From Candidatus Aenigmatarchaeota archaeon (GTDB taxonomy: Archaea; Aenigmatarchaeota; Aenigmatarchaeia; CG10238-14; SCSR01): a stretch of DNA of 64,000 nt. The stretch is taken from NCBI GenBank assembly GCA_018304615.1, contig JAGVVV010000008.1, forward strand, positions 25,741 through 89,740, given 5' to 3'. The translations under genes and the position numbers were made by a program. Below, one piece after another: positions 36,227 through 45,668 of the stretch. The notes under the pieces are model-generated. The model was not told where the DNA came from. It searched no databases and saw only the letters and a list, made by a program, of their open reading frames with translations. How positions within the stretch are numbered: position 1 is the first letter of the stretch; the number at the start of each line of letters is the position of its first letter.

Positions 36227-36814
36227 TTGCTGGACAAGTTTAATTTCTATTTTTCACCTCGATTTTATGAATTTGTCTTAAGTATTGTACATGGTAAAAA
36301 TTTCGAAAGAAGATACAAAGTCATATCGAGAAAAATAGGTAAAAGAAAGAAGGTTCTGGAGGTAGGATGTGGCACCTGCGAACTCTCTAAATTCATCGAC
36401 GAGAGTAACACTTATTACGGTCTGGATTTGAACAGAAAGTTCATGGATTATGGTAAGGGAAAAAGAGAAGGAATAAATCTTATACATGGAAACATTTTCG
36501 AGCTCAAAAAGTATCCAAAGGCTGATGTCATAGTGGCCGTGGATTTATTGCATCACATATTCCCAAAACATGAATTTTTATTGAGAAATTTGCTAAGAAA
36601 ATCCAAAGAAATCATAGTCTGCGAGCCATTCGGTGAAACCATGGCACCTTATTTTGACTTCGATGGTGTTAATCCGAACAGCTCAAAAAGAGGGCCTTTG
36701 GGATGGAAAGGGAAGTTCAAAACCAAAAAGAATCTTGTGGACTTTTTCAAATCTAACGGAGCGAAGGAAACGATTAAAATAGGTAAGGACATAATAGCGG
36801 TGTTTAAGAGATAA
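36227..36814 (+). CDS. class I SAM-dependent methyltransferase
   Basis: VLEVGCGTCEL motif I. Confidence 0.6.
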   Translation: MLDKFNFYFSPRFYEFVLSIVHGKNFERRYKVISRKIGKRKKVLEVGCGTCELSKFIDESNTYYGLDLNRKFMDYGKGKREGINLIHGNIFELKKYPKADVIVAVDLLHHIFPKHEFLLRNLLRKSKEIIVCEPFGETMAPYFDFDGVNPNSSKRGPLGWKGKFKTKKNLVDFFKSNGAKETIKIGKDIIAVFKR

Positions 36815-36839
36815 ATTTAATAGGAGTCATTGTTTTATT

Positions 36840-37547
36840 ATGAAACCGTTTATTTCGGTGATAATCCCGACTTTGAATGAGGAAAAATATATTGAGAGGA
36901 CTCTCAAATCTCTGAAAAACCAAGACTTCAACAAGAAATTCGAGATAATTGTTTCTGATTCTAGAAGCAAGGACAAGACAGTAAAAATTGCAAGGAAGTA
37001 CGCTGACAGAGTTGTAGTGATTGATAAAAGGACGGTAGGTGCAGGCAGGAATGCCGGAGCAAAGGCAGCTAACGGAGAAGTTTTGATTTTTTTAGATGCG
37101 GATACCATTCCCATGTATAATTTCATTAACAAATTTGATGAGACATTCAAAGATAAAAAAGTTGTCGCTACGACATGCCCAATACTTCCTGATTCTTACA
37201 CCAATATAGAGCTTATCGGAACGTGGCTGCTTAATATGTTCCTCTTGAAGACCTCGATTAAATTGGGGAAGCCAGTGTTTCCGGGTATTTGTTTTGCCTG
37301 CAGGAAAGATGCGTTCAATAAAGCCGGAGGATATGATGAAACTATGAAACTCGTCGAAGACATAGAATTCTCGTCGAGGCTTAGAAAGATTAAAGGAAAA
37401 TACAAATTCATCCAAGAAACTTTTGTGATATCCTCTACAAGAAGGCACAAGAAATGGGGGCCTTTGAAAATAATAAATGCGTGGCCATTTGGATATATTC
37501 AATACAAAGTTTTGAAAAAAACACCTGATTATCCGCCAGTAAGATAA
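36840..37547 (+). CDS. family 2 glycosyltransferase
   Basis: ISVIIPTLNEE..DAD motif. Confidence 0.75.
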   Translation: MKPFISVIIPTLNEEKYIERTLKSLKNQDFNKKFEIIVSDSRSKDKTVKIARKYADRVVVIDKRTVGAGRNAGAKAANGEVLIFLDADTIPMYNFINKFDETFKDKKVVATTCPILPDSYTNIELIGTWLLNMFLLKTSIKLGKPVFPGICFACRKDAFNKAGGYDETMKLVEDIEFSSRLRKIKGKYKFIQETFVISSTRRHKKWGPLKIINAWPFGYIQYKVLKKTPDYPPVR

Positions 37548-37552
37548 ACGAA

Positions 37553-38239
37553 TCAGTTGAATCTTCTAGCTAAGGCCAACTTTCTAGCTTTTATTCCAGA
37601 AACAAAGTCAAGAATAGATTTGCTTCTACCAGACAGTCTCTTCACGTTAGACAAAGCCAGTCTCTTAATTTTAAAGCCTTTTTCTAGTGCATTCAAGTTC
37701 ATTTCAGTTTCTATTTCAAAAAAATCTGCTTCGAGGCTCAGTCTCCAAAAATCCTTTTTCCTTATAACACGAAAGCCATTCAAGGAGTCTTTTGAAAGAA
37801 TAGGAGGATAATTGCAATAAATTTGGAATTCTAGGTCAGTTGTCTTGGACAGAAACCAATCGGTGAAACCAATTTCGCCACTGACGAATCTACTAAAAGA
37901 ATTGTAGGAACTTTCGTCTCCTATTACAAGATCACAGGGATTTAATAATTTTACACCTTCTGCTATTTTTTCAGAAGGGTGCTCGCCGTCTCCATCAATA
38001 AATACCAAAATACTGCCCTTGGCGACTCTTGCACCAATTTTCATTTGCAAGCCTTTCCCAGGGGGTGAACTAATAACTTTTGCACCAAGTTTTTTAGCAA
38101 TCTTGTCTGTGCCATCAGTAGAAGCATCAACTACGATAATTTCAGAACATGACTTCAATGATTTGGGTATTGTATGAATTACTTGATGAATGTTTTCTTT
38201 CTCGTTTTTAGTGGATATTATTATGCTGCACTTTATCAT
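37553..38239 (-). CDS. family 2 glycosyltransferase (dolichyl-phosphate sugar synthase-like)
   Basis: SIIISTKNEKENI..VDASTDGT..FIDGDG. Confidence 0.75.
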   Translation of the reverse strand: MIKCSIIISTKNEKENIHQVIHTIPKSLKSCSEIIVVDASTDGTDKIAKKLGAKVISSPPGKGLQMKIGARVAKGSILVFIDGDGEHPSEKIAEGVKLLNPCDLVIGDESSYNSFSRFVSGEIGFTDWFLSKTTDLEFQIYCNYPPILSKDSLNGFRVIRKKDFWRLSLEADFFEIETEMNLNALEKGFKIKRLALSNVKRLSGRSKSILDFVSGIKARKLALARRFN

Positions 38240-38281
38240 TTTGAATATAATTCAAATAGCTAGATTTATAAATTTAGATAA

Positions 38282-38566
38282 ATGGGGATAGAGAGAAAAA
38301 ATCTGATTTTCCTTTTTTTGGGAGCCCTGATCGCAATTTCTCTAGAGCAGTTTCTGTGGTGGGATTTGATAATCTCGCAAAAGACCGTCCACAATGATTT
38401 CTGGATCCTGATTTCTGAGGATGTGAAGAGCTATCAGGAAGGATCGAAGCTGGATGTGTTATACTCAACGGACATCAATCAGGCGAATCTCGTTTTAAAT
38501 ATTTGGAAAATTCTAGTTGTAATACCTGTGATTGGTTTAGGCGTATTGATTTTAAGGACGAGATGA
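38282..38566 (+). CDS. small membrane protein
   Basis: 94 aa, two TM segments. Confidence 0.35.
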   Translation: MGIERKNLIFLFLGALIAISLEQFLWWDLIISQKTVHNDFWILISEDVKSYQEGSKLDVLYSTDINQANLVLNIWKILVVIPVIGLGVLILRTR

Positions 38567-38567
38567 G

Positions 38568-39863
38568 ATGTCTAATTACAAACTGACTGAAGAAGGCGAA
38601 AAGTATCTGAAGGAAGGACTTCCTGAGAAGAATCTGGTCGTTTTCCTTAATTCTCTTCCTCAGAAGACTGCGACCATAGGAAGGACTTTCTCCAAGGTTA
38701 AGAATTATCCGATTGCTTTGAAGTGGGCGATGGAGAAAGGCTGGGTGATGAAGCAGGCAGACCAGCTGACGCTCTTGAAACCGCCTCATGAGACTGCGGA
38801 AGAGGCAGCTCTGAAGAAAATTCACGAGGGGAAGAAAATTGATGAGAAGATTTTGAATGTTTTGATGCAGAGGAATCTGGTAGTCAAAGTCAGCGAAACT
38901 TTTGTCAAAACTGAAAAGGAGCTTGCTAAGACCGGGAATGTTATTGGGGAATTGACATATGAGATGATGGTTACTGGATTGTGGAAGGGCAAGAAATTCA
39001 AGCAAGTGGATGTAGAAACTACCAGGAAAAAATTGCCGAAAAGAATTTCTCCTGGGAAAAGGCAGCCCTACAACCAGTTTCTGATGTATGTGAGAGAGAA
39101 ATTAGTAAAACTCGGTTTCAAAGAAATGACAGGGCCGACAATCGAGACCGAATTCTGGAATTTCGACGCACTCTTCCAGCCGCAAAATCATCCTGCAAGA
39201 GACTGGACGCAGATATATTCTTTGAAATATCCGAAGGAGGCAGGGAGATTGCCTGCGAAAAATATTGTCGAAAGGGTGAAGCTTACTCATGAGAACGGAT
39301 GGAGGACTGGATCTACTGGATGGGGATACAAATGGAGTTCCGAGAAAGCGTCCCAGTTGATGCCCAGAGCTCATGACACTGCCATCACCCCAAGATATCT
39401 TGTCAAAGGTGTGGACATCCCTGGAAGATATTTCGACATGGTAAGATGCTACAGGCCGGATGTGATTGACGCCACGCACGGAGTAGAATTCATTCAGACC
39501 GGAGGAATTGTCGTTGCCAAAGATCTTAATTTCAGGCATTTGCTCGGACTGTTGAAGCAGTTCGCGGTTGAGATTACCGGAATCAAGAAAGTGAAGTTCT
39601 TCACAGATTATTACCCGTTCACTGAACCCTCGGTCCAGATTTCCGGAGAGCATCCTAAGCTGGGATGGATTGAACTGGCAGGAGCGGGAATCTTCAGGCC
39701 GGAACTGACAGAACCTTTGGGTGTGAAAGAGCCTGTCATCGCGTGGGGATTTGGAATAGACAGATTGGCCATGAACGCCCTCAAGGTCAATGACATCAGG
39801 GAACTCTTCTCAAGAAATCTGGAATGGCTGAAAAATCAGGAGTTTAGATATGCCAAAGCTTGA
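38568..39863 (+). CDS. pheS: phenylalanyl-tRNA synthetase alpha subunit
   Basis: 431 aa class II core. Confidence 0.85.
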   Translation: MSNYKLTEEGEKYLKEGLPEKNLVVFLNSLPQKTATIGRTFSKVKNYPIALKWAMEKGWVMKQADQLTLLKPPHETAEEAALKKIHEGKKIDEKILNVLMQRNLVVKVSETFVKTEKELAKTGNVIGELTYEMMVTGLWKGKKFKQVDVETTRKKLPKRISPGKRQPYNQFLMYVREKLVKLGFKEMTGPTIETEFWNFDALFQPQNHPARDWTQIYSLKYPKEAGRLPAKNIVERVKLTHENGWRTGSTGWGYKWSSEKASQLMPRAHDTAITPRYLVKGVDIPGRYFDMVRCYRPDVIDATHGVEFIQTGGIVVAKDLNFRHLLGLLKQFAVEITGIKKVKFFTDYYPFTEPSVQISGEHPKLGWIELAGAGIFRPELTEPLGVKEPVIAWGFGIDRLAMNALKVNDIRELFSRNLEWLKNQEFRYAKA

Positions 39864-41496
39864 AATCTCACAATCAGATTTGTGCTCGTTAATCGGGAAA
39901 AAAATTCCAATTGAAAGTTTGAAGCAGAATATTCTTTATGCAAAGGGGGAGATAGACGGAGTTGAAGAAGATACACTAAAGGTTGATTTGAAGGATTCTA
40001 ACAGGCCAGATTTGTGGTCAGCGGAAGGAATCGCAAGGGAAATCAAAGGAAGGGTCACGAGCAAAGTAGGATTGCCTGAATATAAAATCAAAAGAGGAAA
40101 TTTGGTTGTGCATGTTGACAAGAAAGTTTCTCGTGTCAGACCTCTGACAGTCTGCGCAGTAGTGAGAGACTTGAAAATAAACAAGCAGGTCCTTTCCCAG
40201 ATGATTCAATTGCAGGAGAAAGTCGCGACGACGTTCGGAAGAAACAGGAAGGAAGTTGCCATAGGAGTTTATGATTTTCACAAGATAAAACCGCCGATCA
40301 CTTACACGACTGTCCAACCAGAAGGAATCAGATTTGTCCCCCTCGAATTCAAGGAAGAGATGACCCCGAAAGAGATTCTTGAAAGGCATCCGAAGGGGAA
40401 GGAGTTCGGCCATCTGCTGTCAGGATATAACGAGTATCCTATTTTCATAGACTCCGCGAATCAGGTCTTGTCGATGCCACCGATAATCAATTCAGACCAC
40501 ACAGGAAAAGTAGATGAAGAGACCAGAGACGTCTTCATAGAGTGCAGTGGTTACAATTTCAAGTTCCTTGTGCCTGCACTGAATGTGATTGTGTCCGCGT
40601 TGGCTGACAGGGGGGCGAAAATAGAATCGGTGAAGGTAGAGTATCACAACAAAAGCGTGATGACTCCCGACCTGCTGCCGAAGAAAGCAGTTGTTGATAT
40701 TGATTATGTAAACAAAGTCTCTGGCCTGAAATTGAAACCTAAAGACATTGTGAAATTGCTTCTGCAAGCTAGGTACAACCCCGTGATCAAGGGAAAAAGA
40801 ATAGAAGTTCATTATCCTGCGTACAGGCAGGACATCATGCATCCGAGGGACGTGGTTGAGGATGTAATCATTTCTTATGGCTACAACAAGGTGGAACCTC
40901 TTCCGATAAAGTATAAGACGCTCGGGAAAATGAACGAGATGGAAGAGGCGTCGGAAAAAATCGGAAGGATAATGTCCAAGCTGGGAATGCAGGAGATAAT
41001 GTCGTACACTTTGACTAACAAGGACCATTTGTTCAGAAAGATGAATGTCAAGGAAGAAAAAATAGTCGAGATAGAGAATCCTGTGTCTGCCAATTGGAAT
41101 ATTTTCAGGAACTGGATGATACCCAGTCTGATGGAATTCTTTTCAAACAATCAGCATGTGAAATATCCTCAGAAGATTTTCGAAATCGGAAATGTGGTAG
41201 CGGTTGATGAGAAGCAAGAGACACGAACAAGAGACATCAGAAAGCTGGCTGCAGCGATAGCTGATTCCAAGTTAGGATATCATGACATAGTTGCTGTATT
41301 GGATGGGTTCATGAGAAGTTGGAAGAAGAAATACAGATTGAGGAAGACCAGCCATTCAAGTTTCATCGAAGGAAGGATGGCTGAAATTCTTGTGGATAAA
41401 AAAACTGTTGGTGTAATAGGTGAGATTAGACCTGAGGTTCTCTTGAATTGGAAGTTGGAAATGCCTGTTTGCGTTTTTGAGCTAGAAATAGCGTAA
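39850..41496 (+). CDS. pheT: phenylalanyl-tRNA synthetase beta subunit
   Basis: 548 aa B3/4 and B5 domains. Confidence 0.85.
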   Translation: MPKLEISQSDLCSLIGKKIPIESLKQNILYAKGEIDGVEEDTLKVDLKDSNRPDLWSAEGIAREIKGRVTSKVGLPEYKIKRGNLVVHVDKKVSRVRPLTVCAVVRDLKINKQVLSQMIQLQEKVATTFGRNRKEVAIGVYDFHKIKPPITYTTVQPEGIRFVPLEFKEEMTPKEILERHPKGKEFGHLLSGYNEYPIFIDSANQVLSMPPIINSDHTGKVDEETRDVFIECSGYNFKFLVPALNVIVSALADRGAKIESVKVEYHNKSVMTPDLLPKKAVVDIDYVNKVSGLKLKPKDIVKLLLQARYNPVIKGKRIEVHYPAYRQDIMHPRDVVEDVIISYGYNKVEPLPIKYKTLGKMNEMEEASEKIGRIMSKLGMQEIMSYTLTNKDHLFRKMNVKEEKIVEIENPVSANWNIFRNWMIPSLMEFFSNNQHVKYPQKIFEIGNVVAVDEKQETRTRDIRKLAAAIADSKLGYHDIVAVLDGFMRSWKKKYRLRKTSHSSFIEGRMAEILVDKKTVGVIGEIRPEVLLNWKLEMPVCVFELEIA

Positions 41497-41751
41497 GAGA
41501 AATTTCTTGAATTTGGGACGCCTATCTAAAAATCTGAGTATTTCATGCGTCAGGTATTCTACGGCAGAATTGCCGAATCTGAGGATTACTAGCACGATTA
41601 TGTAGACGAAGCCTCCTATGATGATCAGTTGGATGAAATCTATCTTACCTACGAAAAATACTATGATTAGCGTCAGTAAGGAACCTATCTGGCCCATCAC
41701 GAAAGATTTTACGATGAAATGCAATCGTGAGTACTCTTCCGACTTGTTCAT
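41482..41751 (-). CDS. small membrane protein
   Basis: 89 aa hydrophobic. Confidence 0.35.
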   Translation of the reverse strand: MNKSEEYSRLHFIVKSFVMGQIGSLLTLIIVFFVGKIDFIQLIIIGGFVYIIVLVILRFGNSAVEYLTHEILRFLDRRPKFKKFLLRYF

Positions 41752-41756
41752 GAAAA

Positions 41757-42119
41757 TTATTTTGATTTCAGGTATTCAAATATCAACGACACGATTAGGA
41801 AAATTGAAGCAGCGGTCGAGACTGCAAAAATAGGGAGGATGAAATTCATATAGAACGGCGTCGTCCCGAGGTAGTCGAGGGTCGGCCAAGCTGAACCTGG
41901 ATAGATGGGAGAAATCTTGTTGGTCAAAGACCAGTATACGTATAGAGACGACATGTATGCTCCGGTCGCCCAGTTAATTTCCCAAAATGTTCTGATCGAA
42001 AGAGGGAAAAGCAAAGTGAACAGGCCGAGTTTGATTCTTCCTAATTTGTACTTTTTCCAAAATAAGTATGTCACGATTCCTGTCAATATGACCATGATCC
42101 CGAAAGATGTTTTGTTCAT
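41757..42119 (-). CDS. membrane protein
   Basis: 120 aa, 3-4 TM. Confidence 0.4.
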   Translation of the reverse strand: MNKTSFGIMVILTGIVTYLFWKKYKLGRIKLGLFTLLFPLSIRTFWEINWATGAYMSSLYVYWSLTNKISPIYPGSAWPTLDYLGTTPFYMNFILPIFAVSTAASIFLIVSLIFEYLKSK

Positions 42120-42278
42120 CGGCTCTCGAAAAGTTTGAGGTTGGGATTGACGATAGAAGTATAACCGTAAAATGTAGTTTGGATAAGTGTGGCGACGATA
42201 AGGAGAATGCCTAGAAGGATTATTCTTTCAGGATAGAACAGAGAAAGGAATTTTTTGTAGTAATTATCGCTCATGATT

Positions 42279-43058
42279 TTATCCGTTTAACCATTTAGCA
42301 AGCCTGTGGACGAGAGTCGGATATTCTTCTTCTGGATATTCGTACTCGAATGGTTTGTCTATCAGCCAATGAGCCAATCTCCTCACTTCAACTGCAGCAG
42401 GAGAATCAGGCATCATGCTCACAAGAGGTTTTTTCAGATGGATGCTCTGCTGGATGTAAGGATCTTCTGGAATCTCTGCGATGATAGGTGCGCCAATCAG
42501 GTCTTCTATCTTGTGGTTGGGCATCTCATGCCATCTGTTCTTCTTCCTGTTGACTACGACTCCTAGGATTTTCTTGTTCCTTCTTTTCGCTAAATCCACT
42601 GCTTTCAGTGAATCTACGACAGAAGTCATCTCAGGATTAGTCACGACAAGCATCTCGTCTGCTGCTTCTATTGCTGAGACTGCTTCTCTCCCCAAACCGG
42701 CAGCACAGTCCAAAAGAACGAAATCTGTTTTACCAATTAAATTTACTGTAACTTCAGGAAGTCTTCCCACATCAACATTCTTCAAATCATCAACTGACAT
42801 GCTTGCGGGCATCACCTTGAAACCGAGAGGATGAGGGTATGTAGCTTCCCTGATTCTTGCTTCGCCTCTGAGGACATGATGAAGGGTTTTCGCAGGCATT
42901 TGAAGGCCGACATGCATTCCTAGATTTGGGGTAGTGAGATTGGCGTCGATTGCGATTACGTCCTTTCCGAGTTGAGCAAGAGAAGCTGCTAGATTGGAAG
43001 TAAGGGTAGTCTTCCCGGAACCTCCCTTCCCAGAACTTATAAGTATCACTCTAGTCAT
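42279..43058 (-). CDS. minD: MinD/ParA-family P-loop ATPase
   Basis: SGKGGSGKTT deviant Walker A. Confidence 0.8.
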   Translation of the reverse strand: MTRVILISSGKGGSGKTTLTSNLAASLAQLGKDVIAIDANLTTPNLGMHVGLQMPAKTLHHVLRGEARIREATYPHPLGFKVMPASMSVDDLKNVDVGRLPEVTVNLIGKTDFVLLDCAAGLGREAVSAIEAADEMLVVTNPEMTSVVDSLKAVDLAKRRNKKILGVVVNRKKNRWHEMPNHKIEDLIGAPIIAEIPEDPYIQQSIHLKKPLVSMMPDSPAAVEVRRLAHWLIDKPFEYEYPEEEYPTLVHRLAKWLNG

Positions 43059-43101
43059 CCGCTCACATTTTAAATATAGAATTTATGGTATTTTAAATCA
43101 A

Positions 43102-43284
43102 TTAACTTCCGAAGAAAGTGAATACAGAGGCGACAAGATCCTTGGTTCTGTTGACGTAGTTGGCGTAAGAGTCTGTCAGGATTTTTGAGTTTGTATAGCC
43201 AGCCCAACTGCCGAGAACTATTGCAAGAACAAAAACAATCAAGATGAGTAAGACTGCGGAGATAATAACAGAAATGCCTTTCAT
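43102..43284 (-). CDS. minimal type IV pilin-like protein (class III signal peptide)
   Basis: 60 aa MKGISVIISAVLLILIVFVLAIVLGSW..; upstream in-frame extension in ORF track overlaps presenilin gene and is rejected. Confidence 0.45.
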   Translation of the reverse strand: MKGISVIISAVLLILIVFVLAIVLGSWAGYTNSKILTDSYANYVNRTKDLVASVFTFFGS

Positions 43285-43330
43285 ATTGAAATAATCTGAT
43301 TTCTGAAGATAAAAGTTTTGAATGTTCTTG

Positions 43331-44185
43331 TTAAACATACGGCAAAAGCAGTAAAATCCCGACTGCAAGGAAGATGGGAATTGGTAATCCGGGTAGTGGT
43401 TTGTTGTACTTCTCAAGGATGTAAAGTGTGAGTAGGACTCCGAGATTAATTGCAATTCCAACTATGGCTGCTCCGAGGAAACTTTTTTGGATGAATCCTG
43501 AAGCGACAAGGAGAGAGTAAAAGACGAAATCACCTGTTCCAATGGTGAATCCTCCTATTCTTGTAATAATTAAACCGAGATCAGAATAGATGAATTTCTC
43601 TTGCAAAGTTTTCTTGGGTTGTATTTTAATCAGTTTTTTCAGAGGACCGCGGAAGACGGCATAGATGTCATAAAGAGCAAAAGCTAGAGGAAGGATGTAT
43701 AAAGTAGGTGGTGATAAACTCAGAGCCAAATAAGATGCTATCTCTGTTGTCAGCAAAAGAACTGACGAAGTTACTATCAGATAATTTTTGTTGTAAAGGC
43801 CGTAGACTATCGCGAGAATGAACAAGAGTGTTATTGAAGTTGAAAGCGTGAAAAGGTCTGTTCCTGAATATCGGTTAAGAAGAACCATCAATTGCCAATC
43901 TGTAAATCCGAACAGGAAAATTAACGGTAAAATAATGACGATGAATTTGAAAACTACTCTCAGTCTGTATTTCAAGATGAAAATCAGGAATATGGTGAAT
44001 AATGCTACATAGATGACTAAAATTCCTGAGTTGGCTGAAGCCTGTGCCACATTTTCATTTCCAAATGGAGCATACTGCTCTACTGGAATTTGTGAAATGA
44101 TGAAATTTTGTGTGAATAGGACAGCGACAATCTGAGTCAGGACAAAAGTTGTTATCAGAAGTAGTTGGTTTCTTTTTTCTTTCAT
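43331..44185 (-). CDS. presenilin/signal-peptide-peptidase-like intramembrane aspartyl protease (A22)
   Basis: YD in LYDIYAVF, GxGD in IGTGDFVFYS, multi-TM. Confidence 0.65.
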   Translation of the reverse strand: MKEKRNQLLLITTFVLTQIVAVLFTQNFIISQIPVEQYAPFGNENVAQASANSGILVIYVALFTIFLIFILKYRLRVVFKFIVIILPLIFLFGFTDWQLMVLLNRYSGTDLFTLSTSITLLFILAIVYGLYNKNYLIVTSSVLLLTTEIASYLALSLSPPTLYILPLAFALYDIYAVFRGPLKKLIKIQPKKTLQEKFIYSDLGLIITRIGGFTIGTGDFVFYSLLVASGFIQKSFLGAAIVGIAINLGVLLTLYILEKYNKPLPGLPIPIFLAVGILLLLPYV

Positions 44186-44697
44186 CTTATCCTCTTGTTT
44201 TTTGTTAAATTAACTGTTTTGTAAATTTCCTTCTTGTTGATTTTCAACTCCCAAAATAAATAAACTGCAAAGAGACCCAGCGTAAAAAAGTAGAGGAATG
44301 GCATTGCGAAAAGGAAGGGCTGTCCAATCGCAGTTCCTACGAAGGAGAAATAGTCCGCCCACCAGTTGTTCACAGGAAACGGGTATTCAAATTTCCACGG
44401 CAATACAACCCGCTCTGCAATCCAGTAGGAAAAATCCTCCACTGTGACCCAGACCAGGGAAAAAATCAGTATGCGGGCTATTGCAGATTTTGCCGACAAC
44501 AGGTTGTATCTTTTCAGGGAGTACAGAACAACCAGAGAGGATACGAAATAAACAACTGCTGCATATAGATAGCCCCACGGCCAGTTTCTTGGAACACTTG
44601 GAGGAGATTTCACCAACGCCTCAAATATTCCGTAAAGAAAGCTTGTCAGAAGGATTATTGCAGTTACTCGAAGAATCATCTTTGTCTTCTTCATCAA
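44182..44697 (-). CDS. membrane protein
   Basis: 171 aa, 4-5 TM. Confidence 0.45.
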   Translation of the reverse strand: MMKKTKMILRVTAIILLTSFLYGIFEALVKSPPSVPRNWPWGYLYAAVVYFVSSLVVLYSLKRYNLLSAKSAIARILIFSLVWVTVEDFSYWIAERVVLPWKFEYPFPVNNWWADYFSFVGTAIGQPFLFAMPFLYFFTLGLFAVYLFWELKINKKEIYKTVNLTKNKRIR

Positions 44698-44727
44698 ATT
44701 ACTTTTTATTTTTTGACAAAATATACC

Positions 44728-44931
44728 TTAGGACTTTGCAAACCAGTGCGGTTGACCGGCGAGAAGCTTTGATTTAACTTTTTTCTGTTTTTCCAGCTCT
44801 GCAAGTTTCTGCTTAGCTTTGCTTTCCTCCAAATCAAAAACGCGGGAAATTTCCTTGATGACATCTTTTATTTTCAGCCCAAGTTTTTCGAATAATTTTC
44901 TCCATTCCCCATCATTTTTGTTAGATAGCAT
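44728..44931 (-). CDS. small hypothetical protein
   Basis: 67 aa K/E-rich; start abuts tRNA 3' end. Confidence 0.3.
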   Translation of the reverse strand: MLSNKNDGEWRKLFEKLGLKIKDVIKEISRVFDLEESKAKQKLAELEKQKKVKSKLLAGQPHWFAKS

Positions 44932-45035
44932 GCCCCTGCAGGGATTTGAACCCTGGACCTCCTGCTTAGAAGGCAGTTGCTCTATCCAAACTGAGCTTTC
45001 CTCGTATTACTACAAGGGCATTAGCCATCAGGGGC
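44931..45035 (-). tRNA. tRNA-Arg (TCT) with a ~30-nt intron at a non-canonical position between acceptor stem and D-stem
   Basis: Acceptor GCCCCTG/CAGGGGC, D-arm GCTC-AGTTTGGATA-GAGC, anticodon loop CTTCTAA, T-arm CAGGG-TTCAAAT-CCCTG, discriminator A; 32 nt (ATGGCTAATGCCCTTGTAGTAATACGAGGAAA) lie where 2 nt are expected. Confidence 0.6.
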
Positions 45036-45134
45036 ATTATTCTAAATTATCATAACAACTTCATTAATAAAACATTAGGTGTAGACCAAACAAAATCTGA
45101 CCTTTTTATCTACTTTATCAAACACATTCTTTTT

Positions 45135-45668
45135 ATGGAAGAGAAGATTACGTTAATAGACAGGGATGTTCTGAAAGTTCTGGCCGCAGATACTAGAATG
45201 GATATACTGAAGATTCTGGGAGAAGGAGCAAGGACTCCGTCGGACATAAGCAAGAAACTGAAGAAAAGTGATGCGACTATAGTCGAACATTTGGAAGTTT
45301 TGACTAAAGCTGGTTTAGTAACAAAGGTGGAACAGCCTGGAAAGAAGTGGGTCTTCTATACTTTGACAGACAGAGGTCAGGGAATCATTTCTTCGAAATC
45401 AAGACGTCTGATAATAATTTTGTCAACATCGATTTTGGCTATTGCAGCAAGTGTAGGAACTTATTTCTATCAAGGACAGACTTCTTTCCAAGCGATTGCC
45501 CAAAAAGAAGCAGCACCTTTGGCCAGTAATGCTGCGGGAACTACGACTTCAATAGTCTCCCAATCTCCCTACTTGTTATACGCCTCAGAATTTTTGTTGG
45601 TGGCAGGATTCATAGGCATAGTTTATTATCTGATTGAAAGACGAAGTCTAAAAGGAGGATTCAAATGA
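45135..45668 (+). CDS. ArsR-like HTH regulator fused to C-terminal TM segments
   Basis: LKVLAADTRMDILKIL..SDISKKLKKSDATIVEHLEVLTKAGLV. Confidence 0.55.
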   Translation: MEEKITLIDRDVLKVLAADTRMDILKILGEGARTPSDISKKLKKSDATIVEHLEVLTKAGLVTKVEQPGKKWVFYTLTDRGQGIISSKSRRLIIILSTSILAIAASVGTYFYQGQTSFQAIAQKEAAPLASNAAGTTTSIVSQSPYLLYASEFLLVAGFIGIVYYLIERRSLKGGFK

